From Octopus bimaculoides (lineage: Eukaryota), in contig NC_069009.1 of assembly GCF_001194135.2 (NCBI RefSeq), forward strand, positions 9,091,923 to 9,130,194: a stretch of DNA of 38,272 bases, given 5' to 3'. The stretch's first letter is position 1. Every line of letters begins with the position of its first letter. The notes beneath the pieces were generated by a model. That model had not been told where the DNA came from. It saw only the letters and a program-made list of their open reading frames with translations, and ran no database searches. Shown piece by piece: positions 12,693 to 25,100 of the stretch. A program made the translations under genes and the position numbers.

Positions 12693-15457
12693 AATTTACA
12701 CACACACACACACATAGTCAACAAGTGATAGATATATGATTTAAGCCCTGTTAGTGGGCCTGTTTGCTCTTTATGCCAAATATTAGTCTAAAGTATTTCA
12801 ATCTCAAATTCCTGAAATTCTACCTTTCCTTTTACAAATATTTCCAGTCTGCTTGAAGTTGTTAAATCTTGCCAAATCTGATCCGCTAACAACTCTGGTT
12901 CTGGATTTTATTGCTAACCAAGTAAGTGGAAACATATCATTTATTGTTTCTGTTTTGTCTGCGTTGGTGTGGTGGGATTGAAATGGAAAGGCACTACAAT
13001 GAGAGCAAAGGGAAGTAGCAGGAGACCCAGGAAGACATGGGATGAAATATTGAAGGCTGATCTCAAAGAACTTAAGAAGGAGATGGCAGAGGACTGTGAT
13101 ATGTAGCACATTGCTGTACTCAAAAAGACCTGCCCACCACAACAGAATTGAAATCCTAAAACTAAGGTGCTGCATAAAAAGCACTGGAGATGGTGCCATG
13201 TAAAAAGCACCCAGTACACTCTGTGGAGTGGTTGGTGCTGGGAAGAGCATCCATCCATAGAAACCAAGCCAAAACAGACAATGGAACCTGGTGCAGCCCC
13301 TGGCCTTGCCAGTTTTTGTTAAGCTGTCCAACCCATGCCAGCATAGAAAGTGATTGTTAAATGTTATTGATGATTATGGGGATTATGATGTCTTGGCTGT
13401 TAGTGGGTCTACAAGTTGCTGTGATCTTAGAACAGGATATTATAAACCTAATGAAGGAGTTTATGAATATAAGACGCAACGGCTGGATTATATGTTTGCT
13501 GGATCAGGTCTGACCTGGGGTTAAATAACAACTATAACTGCTAATACTTACTGTTGGGTAAGGCTTACTTACTACTACCTAATGTAGCCCTAGATATACT
13601 ATGCCTGAATAAAAGACAGAATGGTCACTGATGTGACATCTTGATTGTAGGTCTGTTGGATAAGAACTAACGTGGTGCTAAACAACAAATATAAGACAAA
13701 TTGCGCCGATACTAACCAATCAGAGTAGTGGACACAACAGGGTCCAAAATGTGGCCAAAGGCTATCTGTTATCTACTACGTTCGTATGTATGTATATATA
13801 ATAGAAAGGAGAGGAATTTTACTCAAGTGTACGCTACACCACTAATACTAACTGCTATACATTAGATAATGTAGTCCTAGATGCATTATGTCTCAAACCA
13901 CGGAATGGTCAAAGCTGTGACATCTTTGATCAAAGGTCAGTTGAATCTGAACTGACCTACACCTAAACAATAATATAGCCGCTAATACTGGCTTCTGTTT
14001 TATACATTAGATGGTGTAGTTTTAGATACATTATGTCTGGGATAGCCACAGCTGGAACATCTTTGCTCAAAGGTCAGTTGAATCAGGACTGACCTGGGCC
14101 TAAACAACAAATATAGCCTTCAGTACTAACACTGTACTATGCCTTAGATCAGGGGTTTTCAAACTTTTTGACTTGCGGACCCCTTTATATTTCAGGCTTT
14201 ACTTTAGGGACCCCCTTATAAACGCTTATGAAATTTATACATAAATATTTGCTTAAAATAACATATTTTTACATTTATTCATTTAACAGTATTTAACAAA
14301 TAAGTTTATTGTCAATTAAAAGATTTCAATTAAAAAACATATATAAAATCAAATTGCCCATAAAAAGTATTTGCTGTCCACGGACCCCCTGTCTTGTCCT
14401 TGCAGACCCCCTGTGGTCCGCGGACCACAGTTTGAAAACCCCTGCCTTAGATAATCTAGTCCTAGATACATTATATCTGAATATAAGATGGGATGGTCAC
14501 AGTTGGAAGCCTTTGATCATGGGTCTGCTGGATCAAAACTTACCTGGAGCTAAGCAATAACAACTATAGGCACTAACATGAACTGCTATACATTTGATAA
14601 TGTACTCCTAGATGCACTGTGTCTGAATAAAAGACAAAACACAGTGTCGTCTGTCTAGTGTCTGTGACTGATGAGATAATTACTCTGAAATGCTAGCATC
14701 TCACAGTCTAGGTCGGTGGTGCTGCGAGCTGATCTAGGGTATACACACCATTTGTCAACAAGCGAGATATATTCTCCATGACAAAACACAGTGAGTAACT
14801 TCTTCCCCAGTTCAAATGTGCATCAAGCTTATTCAGACTTATAATAACATTGCAATTTTACTTATGACTGTTTAGTGCTCCCCCTCTGTAATTTACTTAC
14901 AGTGAGTCACCGTATAGCACTGCCAGTCATTGTATGGTGACTGGAAAAGCATAAGAGAGCCAATCTCTTAATTCAGCTCATAGCGTTGTCTGCCTGGTGT
15001 CTGTGACTGATGAGCAAATAACTACTCTGAAATGCTAGCATCTCACAATCTAGGTCGGTCGTACTGCGAGATATACTCTCCGTGACAAAATGCAGTGAGT
15101 AGCTTGTTCCCCGCTTCAAACATGCATCAGGCATATTCAGACTGATAATAATGTTGCAAAAGATAAGCTGGTTACAGATGCAAGATTTTTAATCATTGAT
15201 TTGCTGCATTAAGTCTGACCTGGGGTTACACAATAATAACAACCATTAAAGCCTCTAATACTAACTACTATACTACTATAGGTGCTATAGTACTACTATA
15301 CTACTATGGCTATGTGGTAAGAAGCTTGCTTCTCAAGCACATGATTCCAGATTCAGTCCCACTGCATGTCACCTTGGGCAAGTGTCTTCTACTATCGCCC
15401 CAGGCTGACCAAAGCCGTGTGAGTAGATTTGGTAGACAGAAACTGAAAGAAGCTCAT

Positions 15458-15491
<34 letters not shown>

Positions 15492-16126
15492 GATGGATGG
15501 ATATGTGTATGCGTGTTTGTGTGTCTGTCCCCCCCACCATTGCTTGACAACTGATGTTGGTACGTGTACATCCCTGTAACTTAGTGGTTCGGCAAAAGAG
15601 ATCAATAGAATAAGTACTAGGCTTACTAAGAATAAGTACTGGGGTTGATTTGTTTGACGAAAGGCAGTGCTCCAGCATGGCCACAGTCAAAAGACTGAAA
15701 CAAATAAAAGAAAAAGAATTCTTCTCCTTCTGCCTATAGTAGAAAGGATTATTGGTGAACTGGTTAAATATCCAGCTAATATTTTTTTTTGTTTGCCAAA
15801 GCTCTTTCATTGCTACTTACAACCTTTTCAATGACTCTTCCTTTTGGTTATGCCGTTTCTTTATTCTGTACTTACTTGTTTTGTATTCCATGTAAATATA
15901 TGCTTTAATCCTATCTGTATCTGTCTACCTTACTATTCATTAAATCGCAACTATGCTGCGGCACTGCCTTGATTGAATCAACCCCACCAATACTTATTTT
16001 CTTTTTTTGTAAAGCCTGATACTTATTCTGTCAGTCTATTTTGCTGAACTGCTAGATTACAGGGATGTAAACACACCAACACCAGTTGTTAAGCAGTGGT
16101 GGAGGACAAACACATACCCAAAGACA

Positions 16127-16162
<36 letters not shown>

Positions 16163-19110
16163 GGTGTTCTTACAGTTTCTATCTACCAAGTCCACTCACA
16201 AAGATTTGATCGGTCCAAGGATATAGTAGAAGACACTTTCCCAAGGTTTCACACAGTGGGACTGAATCCAGAATCATGTGATTGAGATGCAAACTTCTTA
16301 CCACACAGCCATGGATGTATATTATATATACAAGGGTTGGACAAAATAATGGAAACACCTTAAAATTTCAAACAAATTTATTTTGATATGGAGTTGGACC
16401 ACCTTTGGCAGTAATTACAGCTTGAATTCTATGAGGTATGGACTTGTACAAAGTTTGAATTGTTTCCAAAGGAATTTTTGTCCNNNNNNNNNNNNNNNNN
16501 NNNNNNNNNNNNNNNNNNNNNNNNNNNNNNNNNNNNNNNNNNNNNNNNNNNNNNNNNNNNNNNNNNNNNNNNNNNNNNNNNNNNNNNNNNNNNNNNNNNN
16601 NNNNNNNNNNNNNNNNNNNNNNNNNNNNNNNNNNNNNNNNNNNNNNNNNNNNNNNNNNNNNNNNNNNNNNNNNNNNNNNNNNNNNNNNNNNNNNNNNNNN
16701 NNNNNNNNNNNNNNNNNNNNNNNNNNNNNNNNNNNNNNNNNNNNNNNNNNNNNNNNNNNNNNNNNNNNNNNNNNNNNNNNNNNNNNNNNNNNNNNNNNNN
16801 NNNNNNNNNNNNNNNNNNNNNNNNNNNNNNNNNNNNNNNNNNNNNNNNNNNNNNNNNNNNNNNNNNNNNNNNNNNNNNNNNNNNNNNNNNNNNNNNNNNN
16901 NNNNNNNNNNNNNNNNNNNNNNNNNNNNNNNNNNNNNNNNNNNNNNNNNNNNNNNNNNNNNNNNNNNNNNNNNNNNNNNNNNNNNNNNNNNNNNNNNNNN
17001 NNNNNNNNNNNNNNNNNNNNNNNNNNNNNNNNNNNNNNNNNNNNNNNNNNNNNNNNNNNNNNNNNNNNNNNNNNNNNNNNNNNNNNNNNNNNNNNNNNNN
17101 NNNNNNNNNNNNNNNNNNNNNNNNNNNNNNNNNNNNNNNNNNNNNNNNNNNNNNNNNNNNNNNNNNNNNNNNNNNNNNNNNNNNNNNNNNNNNNNNNNNN
17201 NNNNNNNNNNNNNNNNNNNNNNNNNNNNNNNNNNNNNNNNNNNNNNNNNNNNNNNNNNNNNNNNNNNNNNNNNNNNNNNNNNNNNNNNNNNNNNNNNNNN
17301 NNNNNNNNNNNNNNNNNNNNNNNNNNNNNNNNNNNNNNNNNNNNNNNNNNNNNNNNNNNNNNNNNNNNNNNNNNNNNNNNNNNNNNNNNNNNNNNNNNNN
17401 NNNNNNNNNNNNNNNNNTTGAAAGTCCGATAGATCTGTCATTTTAATGAATTTTAATTACCTTTTTCTGATGATATCTGAAAAGAAACAGCAATTTTAGC
17501 AAAACATATCAAGCAACACTAATAATAAATAAAAAGCATAAAAATAAACAAGATTTTGACGGTTTTATAGATATTTCAAATTTATGATGCTAGATGTTAC
17601 CATTATTTTGTCCAACCCCTGTATGTGTGTGGTAAGTAGCTTGCTTACCAACCACATGGTTCCGGGTTCAGTCCCACTGCGTGGCATCTTGGGCAAGTGT
17701 CTTCTATTATAGCCTCGGGCCGACCAAAGCCTTGTGAATGGATTTGGTAGACGGAAACTGAAAGAAGCCCATCATATATATGTATATATATATATATGTG
17801 TGTGTTTGTGTTTGTCCCCCTAGCATTGCTTGACAACCGATGCTAGTGTGTTTATGTCCCCATAACTTAGCGGTTCGGCAAAAGAGACCGATAGAATAAG
17901 TAGTAGGATTACAAAGAATAAGTCCCGGGGTCGATTTGCTCGACTAAAGGAGGTGCTCCAGAATGGCAGCAGTCAAATGACTGAAACAAGTAAGAGAAAG
18001 AGAAAGAATACACACACACACACACACACGAGTTAAGGAATGGTGTACATAAGATCTGGGCTACATATGTTTCATAGTGAGCAGAAACTCAGAAGTGGTA
18101 AACATCCAAGCAAGGTGACACTTCACTTTGATATTTACCACTTTCGAGGTTCCACTCACTATGAAATATATGTAGCCCAGATCTTATCTACTCCATTCCT
18201 TAACTCTTGTATTCTTATTTGCATACCTGGCAACCCTGATTCCCTACTGTGAAATATAAAACAACTTTCTTCAGCTTATCATACTTTCATACCAAAAAAA
18301 TCCACAACCTTCTGCCTCAATAAGCTGCTATTGTTCCTGAAAGTTGTTTTTTTTTAAATATTTATTATGGGTTGCTTAAAGCTAACTTTCTTCCTACACC
18401 TCGATCCTTGGATCATATATATATATGACACTAAACTCTGCTTGCGAAGACCTGTTGGGGCAAGTGAAATCGAAATTGAACCATACTCAATGACTGGTCA
18501 CCGCACCAGTGGAGCACTAACAGCACTGTTGAGCATGTTCATTGCCAGAGCAGCTATCTGGCTTCCGTGCTAGTGGCCCGTAAATAGCACCATTAGAGCG
18601 TAATCGTTACCAGCGTTGCCTTCTAGCACTTGCGCTGGTGGCACGTTATAAAATCATTCGAGCGAGGTCATTGCCAGTGCCGCTGGACTGGCTCCCGTGC
18701 AGGTGGCACGTAAAAAACACCTTTTTGAGTGTGGCCGTTGCCAGTACTGCCTGACTGGCCCTCGTGCCGGNNNNNNNNNNNNNNNNNNNNNNNNNNNNNN
18801 NNNNNNNNNNNNNNNNNNNNNNNNNNNNNNNNNNNNNNNNNNNNNNNNNNNNNNNNNNNNNNNNNNNNNNNNNNNNNNNNNNNNNNNNNNNNNNNNNNNN
18901 NNNNNNNNNNNNNNNNNNNNNNNNNNNNNNNNNNGGCACATAAAAGCACCCACTACACTCTCGGAGTGGTTGGCGTTAGGATGGGCATCCAGCTGTAGAA
19001 ACTCTGCCAGATCAGATTGGAGCCTGGTGCAGCCTTCTGGCTTGCCAGTCCTCAGTCAAATCGTCCAACCCATGCTAGCATGGAAAGCAGACGTTAAATG
19101 ATGATGATGA

Positions 19111-19150
<40 letters not shown>

Positions 19151-22100
19151 TCGTCGTCGTCGTCATGTTGATTTAACATCCGTTTTCCATGCTGGCATGG
19201 GTTGAACAGTTTAGCAGATGCTGACCTGCTGAAGGGCTGTTCAGACTCCATGTTTGTCTTGGCCTGGTTTCTACGACTGGATTCCCTTCCTAATGCCAAC
19301 CACTTTACAGAGTGCACTGGGTACCTCTATGCAGCACCGGTACGGGTGCTTTTTACAAGGCACCACTACTTATGAGCCCACAAGATTAGGGATGCTCAGC
19401 TGGAGAGGATCGTAAGGGATGGGCAACCATGCTTTCGCTTAGCTTGACATGTCCTTTCAAGCACAGCAAACTGACAGGAGTCTTTGTCCCCTGCCATCCC
19501 CTCTGTGAGTCCCAATATTTGTAGATCCTTTCACACCACTTTATCCCACATCTTCCTGGGTCTACCCCTTTTACATGTTCCCTCTACAGTTAGAGCTTAG
19601 CAGCTCTTGATGCAACTCTCCTCATTCATACACATTAGATGGCCATACCAGTACAGTCTTCTCTGTTGCACACTATATCTGATGCTATGTATACCCAGTT
19701 TTTTCTCTCATAGGTACCCAACAAGTTGATTTACTTAACAGGTTTTATTTTGTTTACTTACTTTACTAATTGTAATCTGTTTATATTTAACATCAGATAA
19801 ATTTCATACAACCCAGTCCTACGTAAAAAGAAAGTTTTTGATCTCATAGCAAGTGTATTCTGTTGTCATGGCAGCAGCTGGTGGCCAGCGGTGGAAGCAC
19901 TCGTTACTTCAGTTTCTTTTTCTTTCTTTTTCTCCTCATTACATTGCTTAAATTTCCTTTGTATTTAGAATATTTTTTCCCATTAGTAATGGATAAGAGC
20001 AGAAAAAAAATTCTAAGTGAGAATGATTGCATTAACAAAAAGTGAAAAGCTTCTACTTCAAAGAAGAAATTTAGAATATTTAAAAGTTCTAATAACAATA
20101 GTGGGTCATCAGAGATTGCCTGCTCATTTGGATTGAATGAAACAAGCAGAAGATTATAAGACGAAAAAGGAAAGATGGTGAGCTATGACTAGTGCTGGAG
20201 CTGCTGTTTCTTGTGTCAGAGGTCAAGAGTTGCACATAGAAGATGGCGAAAATTGTTGAAATTTTTGACAAACAAGGCACAGGTGTGGCTGTGTGGTAAG
20301 AAGCTTGCTTCCCAACCACATGGTTCCAGGTTCAGTCTCACTGTGTGGCACCTTAGGCAAGTGTCTTCTACAATAGCCTTAGGCTAACCAAAGCCTTGTG
20401 AGTGGATTTAGTAGATGGAAACTATAAGAAGCCTGTCATTTATTTATATGTGTGTGTCTTTGTGTTTGTGTTGTCNNNNNNNNNNNNNNNNNNNNNNNNN
20501 NNNNNNNNNNNNNNNNNNNNNNNNNNNNNNNNNNNNNNNNNNNNNNNNNNNNNNNNNNNNNNNNNNNNNNNNNNNNNNNNNNNNNNNNNNNNNNNNNNNN
20601 NNNNNNNNNNNNNNNNNNNNNNNNNNNNNNNCATTGCTTAACAACCAGTGTTAATGTGTTTACATACCCATAACTTAGCAGTTCGGCAAAGAAGTTGATA
20701 GAACAAGTACCAGGCTTAAAACTATATATCTACTGGGGTAGATTCATGTGACTAAAAATTCTTCAAGGCAGTGCCCCAGCATGGCCACTGTCTAACGACT
20801 GAAACAAGTAAAAGATAAAAGTTGAACAAACTTCTATTCTTTTCGTACACAAGAGAGTCTGGATGTTATTATTCTTGGTATAACTGTAATAATATTCAAA
20901 AAGTTAACTGTTAGTTCATTATGTTGATGTCAGCTCGGTTCAGCCACTGCCCGCATCTGTTCGCTGTCCATCTGCCATATCATCTCATGCTCTCTCTGCT
21001 ACATCCCAAAGCTTTCTGTCTGGTAGTTGCATTGTGTTGATTTTTTACTGATTGAGAGGCTCAGAAAGGAGCAAGTGGAAAGCTGAAATAGTCACTGGAG
21101 CCTGTTCCATGGAAAATTACGATTGGTCAGATTTTGTTGATCACATGGGTAATATTCTAGCAAATTGTGACATCAGGTGATAGCTGAATATTCCCACTAC
21201 AATGGTTTCATCTTCAACAGCAATTTAATAAACTTGAAATTGAAATGAGATGATAATTGAAATAGAACACTTATTATGACATGGATTAATGACATGCTTT
21301 TACTTGTTTCAGTCATACGGCTGTGGCCATGCTGGGGTACTGCCTTGAAGGGTTTATTTCAGAGGTTCTCAATGTGGGCAGTACTGCCCCCATGAGGGTG
21401 CTAGGCTTGTCAAAGGGGGCATTAAGTTTTAAGGGGTAGTGAAGTAATATAATTAGCATACTAGATTTTACCTATAGTACTACATTATACATAATGAAAC
21501 TAGTAATGATTATTAAAATAAAATGAGATCTCATCAGGCACAGAAAAGTCATTAACTTGCGATGTATAAAGTAAATTCACTGTTAAAAGCTTATACAATC
21601 CATTTTTAGAGTTAATCACACAGCAATTCCTATACCTTTGAAAGCTACAGAAAAATTTAAAATAGAATTTTAAAGGCTTATAGAAGAAAACTATAAGAGG
21701 CAGATTTTCGTTATCTATGATGCTGCTTATTTTGGAAGCATGAACCCACAAAAATTTTCCTTGCTAAAGAAGAACAAACTGTTTCTGACTATAAAGCACC
21801 AAAAAACAGAATCACAAATTTTATTCTTGAAGTTAATATACTTTGCTGGATGTGCAATGTCAGCGTACATCACAACAAAGTGTGAGTGTCTTGAGAAAAA
21901 AGTTGGGCATAAGAGGCCTCACATGTGGTATGCAAGAGAGACAATTGCACTGTTATGGTCATGTGATACATATGGACAAGGACAGCTGTGTAAAGAAGTG
22001 TTGATCTCTAACAATGGAAGGAACCTGTGGAAGTGGTATACTAAGACATGGAACAAGGTGTTGAAGCTTGATCTTCAAACGTTGGGGGTTCATGGAAGCA

Positions 22101-25100
22101 ATGACTAGTGACCAAGACTTTTGGTAATATGTCACGCTTGAGAAGACCCATCAAGCCAAGTGAAATCATAGTCATGGCCAATGCCGGTCACATAACTGGC
22201 CCACAAAAAGCACCCTTCGACTGGTGGGCTTCACAGAGGCAGTGACAAGTGACCAAGACCTTTGGCGATATACTATGCTTGAGAAGACCTGTCAAACCAA
22301 GCAAGATCATAGTCATGGCTGATGCCAGCATTGCATAACTGGCACCTGTGCTAGTGACATGTAAAAAGCACCCACTACACTCTTGGAGTCGTTGACATTA
22401 GGAAGGGCATCCAGCTATAGAGACCATGCCAAATCAGATTGGAACCTGGTGCAGCTCCCCAGCTTATCATTTTTCAGTTACCCCCAACCCATGCCCGCAT
22501 GAAAAGCAGACCCTAAATGATGATGATGATGATGCAAGTTACTTGGCAACCTCACTAATGCTAGTGACATGTATAAAGCATCCAGTATACACTGTCAAGG
22601 GGTTGGTATTAAGAAGAGTATCCAAGCCATAGAAACCTTGCTAAAGCAGATACTGGTGTGTAGCACTGCCCTGCAGCTCTCCAGGTCCTGTCAAACAATC
22701 CAACCCATGCCAGCATGGAAAATAAATGTTAAGTAATGATGGTGATATCAAGGTAAAGCAAATGCTAATCAGCCATACACAAAATTAAAACACACCTAGG
22801 GACTAAAATCAGCAAGTGTTGTCAGATATCTGATGCTGACAGAAAAAAGCCTGAGTGATGAAGTCCCATTTTCAAGATTTATTTCTACCCAAAAATGAAA
22901 AAAATATTGTGTAAAATAACCTCAGTTTTAAAGCTTTGTTGCTCTCCAATAACTCTCTTGGTCATGATCCTGCTATAAATGACTTGGCCTGCAGTTTGGC
23001 ATCTGGTGAGGTAGGTCCGTGCTGTCCAACAGTGTCATGGGGCACTGGATGAACATACTAGTTAAATTCTTGGGGCTTGGCTTGGGCCGGACTTCTAGGT
23101 AGACAAGAACTGGGAAGAGGTGACAAACTGGGTGGCTGACCTCACCTAAAAACAAGTTAAGAGGCAAAAATCCCTGAAAAGCCAAGTGGAAGTAGTGAAT
23201 ACTTAGATTGTATCCATCATCTGTTATCACCTGACCATTGTGCCTTTTCTGGAGAGGGTCACACATTGGTCATAGAAATGTACATGTATCTTTTACCTCT
23301 TATTTGTTCGAGTCTTTAGACTGCAGCCATGCTGGGGCACTACCTAGAAGGATTTTTAGTTGAATGAATCGACCACAGGATTTATTTTTTAAAACCTGAT
23401 ATTTATTTTATCAGTCTCTTTTTCTGAAGTTATAGGGATGTAAACAAACCAACACCAGTTGTCAAGCAGTGTTAGGAAACAAACACACACACACACACAT
23501 ATATATACATACACAATGGGCTTCTTTCAGTTGCCATCTACTAAATCTGCTCATGAGGCTTTAATCAGCTCGAGGCTATAGTAGAAGATACTTGCCCAAG
23601 ATACCATGCAGTGGGACTGGACCCAGAACCATGTGGTTGGGAAGCAAACTCTTTTACCACACAGCCAATCCCTGAGTCTTATGAAGATAATTTTTGCAAC
23701 AGGGTAATTGTTGTGTTCAAAGTTAATTATATAAAGATCATTGTTGATAATGTAATACAAGATGCTATGAATGCTAAATAAGTTCAATGAGAAATTCACA
23801 TTATAAATGCTATTGCAAATATTTGAGATTCATTGCTGTGAGTGACATCAAACAACATGAGAGCCATGAAAGAACTTTTGCTGATTGTTATTCTGTTATT
23901 TTGTTACTTGTTTCAGTCATTAGACTGTGGCCATGCTGGAGCTCCACCTTAAAGGGTTTCAGTTCAAGAAACCAAACCCAGGACTTATTCTTTGTAAGCC
24001 TAGTACTTATTCTATCGGTCCCTTTTTCTGAACTGATAAGTTATGGAGATATAAACACACTGACATTGGTTGTCAGGAGATTGGGGGACAGATACAGTCT
24101 CATACATAAGTACATAGGCATAATTATCCAGCTGTAAAAACATGCCAAAACTGACTTCACTTGTGCTGGTGCCACATAAGAAGCACTCAGTTAACTCTGC
24201 AGAATGGTTGGTGTTAGGAAGGGCATCCAGCCATAAAAACCCTGCCAAAACAGACAGTAGCCTGGTGTAGTTTTCTACCTGGCCGGCTCCTGTCAAATCA
24301 TCCAACCCATACTAGCATGGAAGGCAGACCTTAAAAACAATGTTGATGCTGATGACATGACAGTCTTCTTTCAGTTTCTGTCTACCAAATCTACTCATAA
24401 GGCTTTGATTGGCCCAAGACCATAGTAGAAGACACTTGTCCAAGGTTCCACACAGTGGGACTGAACCCAGAACCATGTGGTTAGGAAGCAAGCTTCTTAA
24501 TACACAGCCACATCTGTGACTATGTGTGAATGATTTTCTACCCTGAAGCCAGAGGCCAGATTTACCTAATGTTTATATGCATCTGCCACTGGTTGCAGAT
24601 TCTTGAGTTTTTGCAAACTGCATCTGCCAACATTATTACATGATTCAGAGCCCCTAGAAAGAGACCCAAAATGCTATACTGTCCCTCCTTAGTTTTCTGT
24701 GTCTTTGTACACTGTGTAAATCTGATCTGTTAATATATAAATATCTATATACTTATTCATGAATGTTCATCATCTGAATCTTTGCAGTCTTTGCTTTCTC
24801 TCTAATTACTTCAAATCATTTGAGAGCTATGAAGTGTCCTCTATATTGAGCATTTATGGATCTCATCTGTTGTGTGTGTGTGTGTATGTATCATCATCAT
24901 CATCATCATCATTTAATATCCACTGTCCATGCTGGCATGGGTTGGATGGTTTGACCAGAGCTGGAAAGCTGCATCAAGCCCCAAGTATCTATTTTATCAT
25001 GCTTTCTATGGCTGGATGCCCTTCCTAATGCCAACCACTTTACAGAGTATGCTGGGTGCTTTTATAAAACACTGCATGAGCACTTTTACATGACACTAGT

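Larger units (their letters stand above)
14635..15157 (+). mobile_element. Retrozyme-like element: ~1.5 tandem copies of a 342-nt unit with a hammerhead at each junction
   Basis: 14640-14856 aligns to 14981-15158; predicted cleavage sites 14700 and 15042 are 342 nt apart; possible AAAAGA TSD (14629-14634, 15158-15163). Confidence 0.8.
13430..15300 (+). repeat. Degenerate head-to-tail array of ~140-160-bp (CAA)-tailed units, interrupted by two insertions
   Basis: GACCTGGGGYTAAACAACAA-like unit ends near 13512, 13670, 13955, 14093, 14541, 15218. Confidence 0.7.

Noticed and set aside
17466-17490. CTGATGA...GAAA in the Tc1 leader
   Set aside because: Only 5 nt between the core halves and no helix I or III; chance match.
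22975-23070. Possible HDV-like ribozyme in a GC-richer stretch (GGCCUGC pairs with GUAGGUC)
   Set aside because: P2, P3 and P1.1 could not be built convincingly by eye.
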